Below, piece by piece: positions 13,326-31,651 of a DNA stretch of 64,000 bases. Source of the stretch: Tubulanus polymorphus (Eukaryota; Animalia; Nemertea); the NCBI RefSeq assembly GCF_964204645.1, contig NC_134029.1:18594950-18658949 (forward strand), in the 5' to 3' direction. The notes under the pieces were generated by a model. That model did no database searches, had not been told where the DNA came from, and was given only the letters and a program-made list of their open reading frames with translations. The stretch's first letter is position 1. Each line of letters begins with the position of its first letter. Made by a program: the position numbers and the translations under genes.

Positions 13326-15643
13326 TATATTGATAATTCTATTGCTACTGCGAAGAGGGGGCGAGAGATGAACTCTGAAGAAATCAAGATGTGGGGGCGC
13401 TGAAATTGAAGAACGTTTCCTTTTCTGCGATGCTTTAACGAGCGACGTATAACGCGACAAATGATGGATTACACTTCGTCGAGAATCCAAGCAAAACATC
13501 ATCAAATATCGGTTTTAATTGGTGTTCATACGAAACTTACACGACGCGAAATCTCCATGAAAATACACCGGGCCGCTGATTCCGTTCTTGTAAGGAAATG
13601 ACGAATGCCCGTTAGCCCTTTAAGTCCCGGATCACGCTGAGTGATTTCTGGTGTTTAACGGATGGCTTAAAGTGATGTATGTCCAATGCGACACGACTTC
13701 ATTGTTCATGTTTTTGACTTCGAACCAGGTTCTTGCGACACGGGATTTTTTGTAAATATTTGTGCAAGTACAGGTCTTTCTTTGCTTAATGACGTTTTTA
13801 TTCGGTGTGATTCCGCTTTAAGTATGATTTATGCCTTATGGATATTGCTAAGAATTGTAATAATGCGATTGAATTGCCTCTGCGATGACGGTATATGTTT
13901 TTGTAATCTTGCTTAACCTTTAAAAGACCTATGCGTGACTGATTCGCATGATCGACTAGCGATATAATGCAGGGAACAGACACCGGTCGTGGACAATGAT
14001 TTATCAATATTGAAAATGTCCGACCGACGCAGCTCAATTGAAAGATCGCAGGTACACGGTTTTTTAATTAGACAACGCGACCAGAGGAAGAGCCTGTAAA
14101 AAGATCATGTCGTATTAATTGAATATGAAAAGGAAACCTTTTCACAAATAAGTTGATACGGGGAAAACATGACTTATAAAGCATTTTATTCATACGGTCA
14201 AAATGTTAAGCTCTAGGTTCCATTCATTCTTAAGTAATTCTTGCGCGCAATCTTTTCGCAATATTCTCATAAACATACGTGTAACGCAGATCAGAATGGA
14301 AATACATCTTTTTAACGATCAATTTATGTGAAAAGTTGGCTAAACGAATGACTTTTAGATTCCTTCGAGCTCGTATTGTTTATGATATCGATGGAAATTG
14401 ATGGTCGCAACCGTAACACCGGTGACACCTTACTGAGCGGCATCCACGCCGACTACTCGCTGGAGTTATTTGCTCTGTTTCATTAGATCAACCATTCTGT
14501 GCTCAATATCATTTCATTGAATATTAAAGCGATTGTTTCCGGGAGTGACTGCCATCGGGGACTCGTCAATCAACATCTTTATTAACGATCTTTGTCGAGT
14601 AACGCGCTTTCGAGATCCTTGTACAAGCATCTTAGGCCATCAGAAAACTCGCCGTTGTCGTTACAGCAAACATTTGCCTAATAAATGTTGCAAAGGGACA
14701 AATATTTGTCGGTTGGCGACGAGCGAGTTTTTCTTGTATCAACCGGATAGCGCATCACGGCAGAGAGATACATCCATCACAGACGACAGCGTGCAACGAA
14801 AGGCAACGATATGAATTGCAAACTTGATCAAATTAACCGGACCCTCGAGACTGCTGTATTATGGCTTTTCTCACCCTCTCGGTGGCTTCTGACGCGTTCG
14901 TCGAGCTCGGTAGAAATATGGAAAATTGTATTGGGTTATTTAATTGAGGGCTATCAATGGAAATAAATCGCCTCGCAGCGAGTTTTCATCTTAGTTAAAT
15001 GTTGACAGGCACTCGATAAAACATATCATCTGTCGTCGTTTGGGGAGTGAAGATTATTCGGTAACGGTCTGTGTTAACAAATGAGATAACGGAGGGTTCA
15101 GTCGGCAGGTGTCTCCGGGGATCTAATCAGATATCTATCCATTTTTAATAACTCTCGGGTTTGAACTACGATTCATTTCATAAACGTATTAAACCGGAGC
15201 CATAAATACTCATTATATTCGGAATACGTGTATAGAAATTCAAAGTAACGTCTTTGTGCTTACCAAAAGTTAGCTTTTTTAACAAGGAATTTATTTGCCA
15301 TAGTATATATTAGTACATGGAACTTACAAAATCAACTTACAAACCCTTACTAAAATGCATTATATGCAAGTGTAGATGAAAAAATTAATTAATGTACATA
15401 GATGGCAGACCAAATGCAAAAATAAGGAAAAAGAAGAAAGGGGAAGTATCTAAGGTACCTTCTAATTGCAGTTCTTAATGCTAGTATGATTCGCTGTGAA
15501 AAAGTTTGCTACGGTGATGGTTAGTTTGTTATTTAAAAGTTTAAATACCTGCGTAAAGCATTTTGCCACGGTAAGAATATCTGTTACGCATTGGTCGTAT
15601 CTGATTCTTGCGACGAGTCGGTAGGCGTCGGGTTGCCGTCGCA

Positions 15644-15775
15644 AGCCGGCTTATGTTGAACCGATAGAGCAGCAACTGATGACGGCCTCTCGTAGGCCGC
15701 TAGTTGCTGCTAATCGGCGATAAACTCACAGTTGCGTCGATAGGCGCCGAGTCGCTTGTCAACATAAGCTAGCCT
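15644..15775. mobile_element. Short TIR element with internal hairpin
   Basis: Ends agccggcttatgttga and tcaacataagctagcct. Internal stem agcagcaact...ggcct...aggcc...agttgctgct. Confidence 0.55.
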
Positions 15776-16311
15776 TTATAATACTTCCTGCGCTTAAACG
15801 GTGTTATATTGGATATAGGCATACGGGACTACAATAGAAGTAGGATCGGATGCATTCGGAAGCCTAGCTAAAAATAAACACGAATTGGAAAAGGTTTTTC
15901 TTGGCTAGTTTCGTGACTGCGCGCATTGCTCCAAAACAAGAAACGCAGTTTGCTGAAATAGGCTCGTGAAATCAATATGACCACAACATCCGTTTTATTG
16001 TCGCGCTAGAAAGATATCAACACCTAATAGAGTCCACGATTCAGTTTCGTTTCAAAATTATACTGATAAACTATTCTTGCTAATGAAATTCCGCAGGGTG
16101 GATTTTATAATGATAATGAAAATACATAATATCTATGAATTCGAAACGTTTCTTTTTCTTGATTGAGCGTTGATTGTAGTACAGTCGTCTCTCCATCGAT
16201 TTCTTTTTGGTCGGAGTAAGAGAGATGTATACATGTAATACATATCGTGGATAAAGGTTTAATGAAAATAGAAAAAAGAAATTTTTCAACGAATAAAGAC
16301 TTTGACCCATT

Positions 16312-19172
16312 TTATTTAACAAGATTTGCTGTATAAAACCAAGACCAGGATAAATGCACAATTTTCTGAAATGCCATACCTATAAACAATTTGTCGAACG
16401 CATGAATATGAATATTATGACTATCATTATGCACCAACCACGTATCCATATTAACGCTTGACAATTTGAATTCCAACTCGAACGTCACATTACAGACGTT
16501 TTCGATTTCAAACGTGGCTCCATTGATGAAACGTCTAGTATACAAAAATAAACAAGTCGTATTTCCGATTTTATTGTTGACTTCTATTTGCCCGCGTTCC
16601 GGTGGCGTTCTGCGAAATTGACCGTTTGTGACGGTACAGATACACAACCGTAAGTTAACATACGTCTCGGCGCATTGTCTGTACCGCTCGTAGCTGGTCA
16701 CGCGCTCGACCGACGCGACCGTTAAGCTGGATTCGTCGACGCCGTGTCTTACAGCGACGAAAAATGTCTCCCGGCGTCCGTCTGCACCAAGAATATCCAA
16801 GTCAAACTTGTAAACCATAGCGTTCTGAAAGAAATTCAAAAAGAAACTCGAAACACCTTTTTGAAATACTATACTTTCTAAATGTGTCTATATGATGTAT
16901 GGTGGCTGATTCGGGCCATACTAAAAAAATTTCTGTACGGCTAGAGAAACGATAAAAAACTTTAACATTGGCCCGTTTTTTGGTTTCTCGCGCGAGAAAA
17001 CAAAAATGTTTTGAATTCTCGCACGAGAAAACGGGCCAATGAGGACATTTTTATAGTTGCTCTAGCCGTACAGAAGTTTTTTTTAGTATGAACATGTTTC
17101 TGGTCGAGTTTTTGTCTGTGGACGATACAAACCTTGTTGATACTTTTTCTCATATTTCTAAACGATTTTGGCCGAATTCTCCGACAACTTCCGTACTCGG
17201 CACTATCGATGCTCATTTTGCCGCCATTGTCCAGAAAATACGACCGTATCTGATTGTTCAACACACCCGACGTAAATTCCGCCAGAATTTCGTGGTCCAC
17301 GTTATGACCGACTCGCAACTCGTATCCAGCGCAAATACATACGTTTGGCATAGATAACTCGATGTCGTCACAAGTACGAGTTTCCGGTACCGCGCCAAAA
17401 AGAGTCTGACTAGCCGATACGCTGCCTTGAGCGTGTAAGAGGTAACGGAGGGTATGGTGAATATCAGTCATTGATACAAGTTTATTTTGATTATCGAACA
17501 TGTTTTCGATCGACTGCTCGCCGAGAATGCGCTGAACGTTCGGCGGAATGATGAAAAACAACATCGGGTTGTACGTTTCGTATCGACCACGAGTGTAGTT
17601 CTCGGCGTACGTCCCGTAATTGTTACCGTGATCGGAGAGCAGGACGGTGACGGTGTACTCGAGCGTTGCGGCCTCGTGGACATACGCGGCCAGATCTTCG
17701 TCGATAGTTTGAACGCGAACGCCCGTTTCTTCGTGGCTAGTACTACACGTATAGAACGAGAAGTACGGCCGTCCAGACTTCGTCGCGAATACGCGATAGT
17801 TTTTGAGGTATTCGAAAAAATACTGGTGGCTATACTTATTATTGAAACAGATCTCTTTCAGATTATGAAAAGGGTTGTCGGTGTTGCTCTGCTCGAGAAT
17901 CTGACAACTTGCTGCCGTGAGACCGATATCGCTAATTGAGGCCGATTCAAAAGCCTTCAGCAAACGTTTCCAACGACGAGAACCTTTAATCGATGCCTTT
18001 TCTCTGGGCAGGAAGTCCTTCACTGGGCCCCAGCCCGACTTCCAGCACAAATCATCTAACCACAAAGTCAGATACCCACGTTCGGCGCATTTGTCCAACA
18101 GTTTTTCAGTTCTTATCGGTTCGTAATAGTCCTCGTCACGTTTGAATTTCATCCCCGAGTCGAGCGTCACGTGACCAGTGAACAACGCCTGCAGCGATTC
18201 GTACGTCCTCGCTTTGACCGATTGCATCATTTCGAAGTCGAAAATAATCGGCGCATTTCGATAAACCGAACGTTTATTGATAAAACGCATGGCGCTGGCG
18301 GTTTTTTCCAGTGACCTGTAAAAATGATCCCTGGAAAGTGAGTCGACCAAAACGATTTCGACGTTTATTTTCGTTTCTGTTGATTTTCTGTAAAACTGCA
18401 GGGGATCTAACGATTTTCGGGGCAATAGAAAGAGTTGAGCGTGTTTCGTTTTCTCGCACTGAATGAAACAAAACCCGAAGCTGTCCGTACTTGAATTTAC
18501 TATTCCAGTTAGTTCACTTTGAAGTTCAATCGCAGTTTTAGCTTTTCTCCAAATAAGATCCCCGCTATCAACACTAACAATTCCATATTCATATCCAGTA
18601 CAGCCAGGGTTTGAACCACAGAATATTGTCTTGCCCCCATCATCGGAAATTGACTAGAAAATATGAAAATGCGTCAATCTTAAAATCGATTCGAATTTAA
18701 TCCACAACGAATTAGATGATGACGTATTGCTTTTTCAGGAATGTCTACTTACGTTTAATGTGCAGTATTCAACTGGCTTTCGGGTGGCGCATTTTGATGA
18801 TTTTCCTTTTGCGAACAACTTCTGAGTGACGCCACAAATATGGCGTGATGGCGCTACCCGTTGACATGCTCGATTCTTGCCCGTATTAACAGACGAACCA
18901 ATGGTCGGAAAAATATCACAAGGGGAATCTTTTTGTGGGCTCGTGTGTTTTAGTTGACTGAAACTCCGGAATAAGTGACCACGTCCCACCGCTGGTCGAC
19001 GCACTGGTCTGGCCGCTGTAGTGACGATAGGCTTGACCACTGGCTGGACTACAGTCCGGACCACTGGTTTCCCATTATCATACCGTCGTAAAGTTACGTT
19101 CAACGCCAAATACACTACCAGACCAAGAATAATTACAGCTTTAAAACACGTAGTTACTAGCGGCAAATTCAT
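16312..19172 (-). CDS. DUF229-like alkaline phosphatase/sulfatase superfamily type II membrane protein, ~817 aa
   Basis: Exons complement(18753-19172, 17133-18653, 16312-16824), all phase 0 with GT-AG, give one open frame. N-terminal TM (VIILGLVVYLAL). Motifs VLVDSLSR, SHEE, LLSDHG, NPMLF, LVSMTDIHHTL, RTC...CIC. Upstream non-coding exon donor near 19349 and acceptor near 19228. Confidence 0.85.
16897..17090. mobile_element. Palindromic MITE filling most of the last DUF229 intron (family C TIR at left end)
   Basis: catactaaaaaaatttctgtacggctagag...cattggcccgtttt is inverted as aaaacgggccaatg...ctctagccgtacagaagttttttttagtatg. Begins with atggtggctgattcgggc. Confidence 0.75.
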
Positions 19173-21077
19173 TCTATTGTAAACTATCAAACTATCAAAC
19201 TATCTTCATCTTGTTAGAGCTTGTAGTCTGTAAAGAGGAATCATGAATCGGATTTCAAAAGTAATATTCAAATTACACGATGCCATGTATTTTACATCAC
19301 ATGGAAATATTGAGAATAATATAATTATAATGATAAAATTAAAACTTACCAAAAATTAGACTTAATGAATACATGTACTTATAATTCTTAAAATGGTCGT
19401 ATTGGTTTTGAACGTGCACGCTTACAAAATCACGATAACGACATTCTCATTTCAGGGTTGATAATGAATGTCTTATCGACCACAAAGTCAACAGAGTAAA
19501 GGGTTGTGTATAAAAAGTAAGATTTCAGGAAAAGACAACTCGTTTGTAAAGAACTGGTCTCCTTTTATAAAGAATAATACTTTGAAGTGAAATTCAAATA
19601 GTTGGGGTGCTGTGAACAAGGTCGTAACATTCTCTCTTCATTGATATTCAAATAATGGTAGAAAAAGAATTCTAAAAGCAATTCTTAGGTTACATATGAT
19701 ACCGCCAGTCCCGGATTTGGTTTCACTCTCGTCGAATGCCGTAGCAACGGTTTCGAGAGGTTTCCCCTGACATAAGCTGAAATAAAGTGAAGAGCAAACT
19801 ATATTCAGCAGAGCTATGTACAACATCGCCGACGATGGTAAACCGCCACATCAGATGTTGCTAGCACAAAGAATCTCACCAAACGTTCGAGGAAAATATC
19901 TTCTCTAAAATCTGTTAAATATTCTCCTCTACCTACTACTATACTACAACAACTGCGCATTATATACACAGAGCTAAAACGATTTGCGCACTTACCACAA
20001 CAGTTCAAGACATAGAACAAAATCGGCAGTTCACATGCATGATAAGACGTACGTATGTGTGTAAATATGACCAAAATGAATGCCTTAATTTGTAGATATA
20101 ACTCTCGCAAAATGTGACTACGTTATATTACTCGGTTTTATATACCGGTCTATTAATTAAAATGTGTAAAGAGACGCACGCTCAGCGCACATAAATAATG
20201 AATAATACTCATGAATGGAATTCTAACTTAAAGATCTAATGTGCGTTTGTTGCATGATATATGTTCATGTATGTGTATGTTATATATTTTCGTAGAATTT
20301 CAATCTAGAATCGACTTTTTCGTGAACTTGAAATCATGATTATACGATATTATTGACTGCGTTTACGAGTAATGTGGTGACCTCTGCAACGATGTGCAAC
20401 CACATAAACAAACGATAAATCTTGAAGTAATCCCTTCGTGGGGTTTAGTTGTTATACATGCAGTTGACCATCGAATTCGCAAAGCATAACCCGCACCGTC
20501 AACAAAACTGGTCAAGATCTTAACATATGCCAATCGACAGTCAACACGCGGATACAAGCAGGGAAACTAAATAAGGGGAGCAAGAAGGTCATTTGAATTG
20601 TTCTCGGTAAAAACCTGGATCTACGGTAAGATCGTTGGAGATTTACCTCAAAAGATCGGCTGATTTCTGTTTCTAATCGTTTATAAATCGGAAGTAGCGC
20701 ACGTCAGGTCCACGTTTTTCAATTGTAGAACGTGTTATGAAATTCAACACACAAAAAGAGGGCAATATAGTTATCGGTCGTAGTACTGGGTCTGTCGTTT
20801 GTGTGACATTCAATTGTAGTCACGCTCGTATATGTTAAGTCCGCCTCGACGAATAGAGAAGAACCAGGTTATGTGTATTTAATATTCGGCAAAATCGTAT
20901 CGTCAATTCATTGCGTTGCCAGGAATGTGCGTTTATATCTAAATTTTTAAGCTTCTGCGCTATCAGATTAAGATATAGTTCAGTTATATGATTTATTTTG
21001 CATAGGGCGCCATTTAGAAACAGTCACTCGCGATAGAATACGCCGAGTATATTACGAAGTCGAAGGATACTAAAATT

Positions 21078-26203
<5,126 letters not shown>

Positions 26204-27238
26204 AGTCGACGGGATAGTCGACATAATTAGGCCTATCTAAGAGCAATCAGATTGCTCGTAGGGCCTATGGATCGTTGTTTTATTTTTGTTTGATAGATAG
26301 TTAGCAGATCACAGGCGGGAGCCGCGCATCGACACTGCATCAACCAACGTTTCTTTTTCCAAATCTTCTTTTATATGTTTTTTCTTGTTCTCCGGCATCT
26401 TATCAGGGCGTTGCGGCCGAATGGTATAGGGTTTTGGTCAGCCACTTATATTAATCCGTTTGCATAGCAATTGCTTTTCTGAAATATGATCATGTATTCT
26501 GAAATATAATTTTATATTCTGAAATATAATTTTATAATATATTCGACCAGATTATTCACTTGAAAATTGTTTTATGATTTCATGAAATTTTATAAATAAA
26601 GAAATTAAAATGCTTTCTTTCGGGTTGCGCGGTAAGTTCTTCTCATTAGTGCATGCTGGATTTGCGGAAAAGGTTTCATATTCAATGGAGCAAACAACAA
26701 AATCAAACGTAGGGTACAACTTCTCGACTATACGGGCTCGTTTCGTTCTATCCTGGAAAATATCAACGAATGATTTCATTTTGTTCCTGTAGTTGATTAG
26801 ATGATGTGTCTCAACATCACGAATCGAATGTTCAGTTTTCACTTCTTGGCTGCTATGCTGTTGCCTATCCTGCAGAAGGGAGTATTTTCCCGTTATAATT
26901 GACAGTCAATTAGCGGGCCCGAAACATACGGCGTCGAGAAACGGCGGTCGCCCCGGGTACACGCCAGACGCAATTTTTTTTAATCTCCATAAGAATACCG
27001 GATCTCTTTATTGATTTTGTGAAACGAATGGATCAAAAGTTTATCCAACTTTAGTTTATCCATAGAACTATTCCGTTATAGTTCTATGGTTTAACTTACA
27101 TGATCTTTCCCCGCTTTCCAAGAACCTGGCAAGCGAGTAATTCAGACTTTCGCACTTTCTCGGTAGTAAATAGCGGAATCTTGTTACTATTGGTGGCGCC
27201 ACTAGACGGTACAAGTTTAAAAACACCGGCTAAAGGAG

Positions 27239-30200
27239 ATGGAACTTGAAGTTTGGGGATGCGATTGGGGTCTTCCCTCGGTTGACGCTGCTTGTTTGAC
27301 AGTTATGGTATATTGCTTCCAAAGATTACTCGTAACTTCGTTGGTTTAAAACCGAATAGCCTTATTACCGCCGCTTGTCACGCTTTATTTCGAGCGAATA
27401 CGGGTACAAATTCGTTCGTGTTTAGTCTGTGTTTCAGCTGTTAAGCACCCACTTCTCGACATCGTGGCCGAGATCGACTGAAAAATAACATTTTGGTAGA
27501 TTTCCCACTAGGCTTACCCGAACTTCTGGTTTTAATGCTTGAAACCGAATCATATTTTTAGGCATGTTGTAAATTTGGTGAAGTTCCTGTGAAGATCAAT
27601 CAGACCAATAATCCGTGGCGTTCTCCTTCTGGTGAATATTTCATACAAACTAAAATTTGAGACCAAGGCTTCTGATTTTGTTGAAGGGTTTTAGTTAGTT
27701 ATCTAATCAGTGGTGGTAAGCTTTTTATAATCGGATGGGCTTATTAATATACCAACTCAGTATGTGAAAATTGCTGATCGTGAAGTAGTCACTAGCTGGG
27801 TTTTCCTGAGAAAATCAGTAACCTTCTCCTAACTGTAAAGGCAATTATCTTAATAGTGCTATTTTATCAGTATCTATTATTGTAATAGAGAACCTCGTAA
27901 TACAAAGTAAGGCGCATGTCGGCACAGTATCCACTTCCTAATGTATTTACTCTTGAAAATCATTTGTTTTTCAGGTAATTTGCCAGTTTTGAGACATAAT
28001 GAGAAGGTTATATCTGGTGTAACAGAAGTATGTAACTATTTGAGGGAACAGGTTCGTGATATTATTTGAAGATTCAATTATTCAAGGGGTGACAATATAA
28101 AGATTTCACATTGTGGTCAGGCATTTTAGAAAGTCAGTCTGAATTAATACCAGAGGTCCCTGACAACAATGACTAAATTAACTAGAATGCTGAGGGACTT
28201 TGGCACTAAGTCAAACTAATTTATGGTTCCTTACTGAAAATCTTTGGGTTCGTCAAACAAGCAGAACGTATGAGAGGGGACCTACAGGCCTGCTATGCTA
28301 AATTCCTTTCAAAAACCCTTTCAAACAGTCAAATTTGCTTTATCCAGATCAGATAACCCTTTCAGCTTTGGCCAATCCATACCCTAAATGTGCTGGAGGT
28401 GATTTAAGAATTCTACCCCTGTGCGTTGTGTAACAGGCATACTGCTATACTGCATCTACACTGCTGTGCGGTGTATCATTAGTTACTTATATTTCAAAAT
28501 GTTTGAGACACATGCTGCAATCTTCCAATAGAGATTAACTAATTAATAAACAAATTGAACAAATTAAACAAAGTTAGCTAAGTCCATCTCCATCACTACA
28601 ATGCACTGCAGTGAAGTCGTTATGAAAGGGTTAAATGTTGGCGCTTTATCTGGTTTTCTCATAAACCGGATGGATTTTATAGGTTGCGAATTTTGCTAGG
28701 TCTACTAGGTTAACACGTTGTGGGTGACATGTTTTAATAGGCTTGTCATATTATTTAGGTAAATATTCTAATTGTTGAATTTGTTTGTTTAAGAATTTGA
28801 TCACTGATTATGAGTTGACAGTGAAACAGAGTTCAGAAACTTTGGCGTTCCAAGCTCTTTTGGAAGAGAAATTGCTGCCGGCTCTTGTAAGTACACACAC
28901 TAAATCAAGCGTATTATCACCAATTCATAACGTGAGATTGAGTTTCAGAAATTCATGAAATGATTTCAGATTGTTTTATATTCTATGAATACATTACTGG
29001 GATGCAAACCTCTGTTTTAGCGGTTCCTGAAACAATAATTTCAAAAAGGACAACGATTAAAACTTAATTATTTTCAGTATAATTTGTATCGCGAATGGTG
29101 CAGGCCAGCCATTAGGATTTACTATTTAGAACGTTTGATTTTGTCAAATACAATGTAATCATCTTTGCAGTGAATAATTACGCGATACATATACTGTTAT
29201 AACATTTTCTGGTATGATTTAATTTTATGAGTGAAATGTGTGACATTTTAGAATTTATGGCAGCTGGCGATGTATATTTTGGAAAATCTAACGCAGGTAT
29301 CTGAACCCAACCCTCAGACATACAATTTTTTGACCAGACTTCCCAGTGCATTAGATGCATTTGTTCAGCTGACTATTAACTAAAAATGTACCCAAAATTC
29401 CAGGCTATAGTTACACAGTTTGTGAGTTCAGAGTTAACCAAGTTAAAGCTTGGAGTAATTCAGTCTGATTACTCAAAGGTTAAAGTTAGCTCATTTTCGA
29501 TGATTAAATAAATGAACTATCAGTCAAATCTTAAATCAGAACTGTGGAACTGGGTGCAGGAATTTAATAGTGATTTCATTGCCACACTTTCAAAAAGTGG
29601 TTGTCAAGACTTCACTGTTAGTTTGTGAGACAGTGGTTGTGGACTGCAGATTGAAAACTGCGTAAATCGATTTTTGCAGTTGAGAATATGGTGGCAAGAT
29701 GACCGGAACTTCTCCGATGTTACTCGTCCATGGTTTGCTAAAGCCGTGCCTTTTCCTCAAAATTTCTACTATCCAGTTCGAAAACAGTCGAAGTGCATAA
29801 AGCAGTTTACCGAGAAAATGAGGATCAATTCGGCGTTAACGCCAGAGGATGCCGATCTGAAGGTAATGCTTATTACTGAGTGAACAGTGTGGCTGAGTGG
29901 TTAGAGCGTTCAACTCCGGGAAGCCAGGTCATGGCTTCAAACCCATACATTACCATAGTGTCCTCATGCAAAACATTGCCTCTCTCCACCCAGGAGTAAA
30001 TGGGTACCTGGCCTGATAGATGACTCCCGAGTGCCAAGTAGTTGCTCAGATGTTACTTCTAGAGTTTTAGGCTCGGGGTAATAAAACTAATTTGGAATCT
30101 TTTTGGTGATACACTACGACAAGTGTGAATTCGATTTCGGGAATTAGAAATCTATAAATCTTTTCTCGAGGGGGTGTTTCTTCATCGCCTGGAAATACCA

Positions 30201-31651
30201 ACTCGTTCTTTCACCACTTTCCTATGTTATATATCGATTGATAATTCTTATTTTCTATAACAGGTTTTTAGAGATGCCAAAGAATGTCTGAATTGTTTAT
30301 CGCACAAACTAGGTGACGGTGAATTCTTTTTGGGTAAAAAGTAAGTGTAAGATGGTCTTCTTAAAGATCTTGCTTCGTGGCGACCTAATAATTTGTGAAG
30401 TCATGAGGGATCGATTAAGCCAACGTACCTGAAAAATTTTGAGAGTAACCTATATGGAATGAATATTGAGTGTGATAAATTTCAAATGTACGTTTCGATT
30501 TTTCAGTCCCACGACATTAGATGCATTAGTCTATGGCTACCTGGCGCCACTGCTGAAAGCGCCGTTTCCGAATAACCCACTGCTAAACCATTTAGACAAC
30601 TGTGACAATTTAACCTTGTTCTGTTCGCGGATATCGCAAAGATACTTTCCTATCGAAATCAAAGGTAAATCTAGAACATTGAGGTTGATTGTTTGTTGAT
30701 TATTCATGTATTTGGATAGTGTAATACGAATTAGATTCATTAAGTATTATGCAGGGAAACAGGAGACAGAAACATGTTTCTGAGCATCTGTCTTCCTGTG
30801 TGGTGTGCATTTACGAGAAACATGGTTTCGCGAAAGAATGTTTCTAAGATCAAACATGTTTAGTTTCTGTGTTTCTCTGCATGGTGTGTGTCGGGCTTTA
30901 GTATCGAATGAAATGATAGATGGTGAGTAATTACATGGTTCCCACTGTACAGTATCGGGAAATTGGGAAAAACTTGGGAATTTTGAGATAATATTCCCAG
31001 TTTGGAAATATTTGGGATTTTGAGAAATCTTCCTCTAATCGGGGAAATATTTGGGAAATTCATTAACATTTCACGCATTGCATTTGCCAAGGGCAACTTT
31101 CTTCGGCAATTTCTCTTGAAAATCACCTTTACCAACCAGTCACCACTAAAATGTTGATGATGAAGTATGATGGTATCAGTTCATATTTACGAAGGCCCCA
31201 TTTTGCATTTGGGAATTTCTGATTCAAGCAACTGTGAGAACCATCTAATTATTAAAAATAAACTGGTTTAAACTGTTCTATGAGGAATACGGAATGATTG
31301 ACATTATTCTATTATATTCATGTGGACTGCAGATTTAATATGCCTTGGATAGGATCAAAATTCGGAATTAGCATTTTTTACATGTACCCGTATTATCGTC
31401 TGCTTTTAGAATCTGAAGCTATTCGCGACGAGAAAGCGAAAGAAAACAAAGAGGACATCATGGAATTCCCTCACAAATATCGTAACATCGTACTCGCCGG
31501 TTTAGTGGCTGTGACGGCGATGGTTGGTTTTGCATTTATGACCGGCATGGTTCAAATAATCGAACTGGATGACGATACTACTGACTACGTTTACGATAAA
31601 GACCATATGAATATTGACGAGGAACGGGATACCAAGCATTCCAGGAATTGA
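27239..31651 (+). CDS. Mtx1: Metaxin-1/3-like mitochondrial outer membrane SAM-complex protein, 322 aa
   Basis: Exons 27239-27307, 27562-27631, 27975-28051, 28794-28886, 29680-29862, 30264-30340, 30507-30664, 31410-31651 (969 nt, in frame). MELEVWGCDWGLPSVD, NPWRSPSGNLPVL, EEKLLPAL, AKECLNCLSHKLG...FFLG, PTTLDALVYGYLAPLLKAPFPN, and a C-terminal TM (NIVLAGLVAVTAMVGFAF). Confidence 0.93.
29885..30015 (+). mobile_element. tRNA-derived SINE with CORE-like domain
   Basis: A-box TGGCTGAGTGG and B-box-like GCTTCAAACCC, then gtgtcctcatgcaaaacattgcctctctccacccaggagtaaatgggtacc, which resembles the MIR/CORE-SINE core. Confidence 0.7.
30935..31245. mobile_element. TIR element with subterminal GGGAA(A/T)T repeats (hAT-like)
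   Basis: catggttcccac...gtgagaaccat ends. Clustered gggaaattgggaaaaacttgggaatttt subrepeats. Confidence 0.5.
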
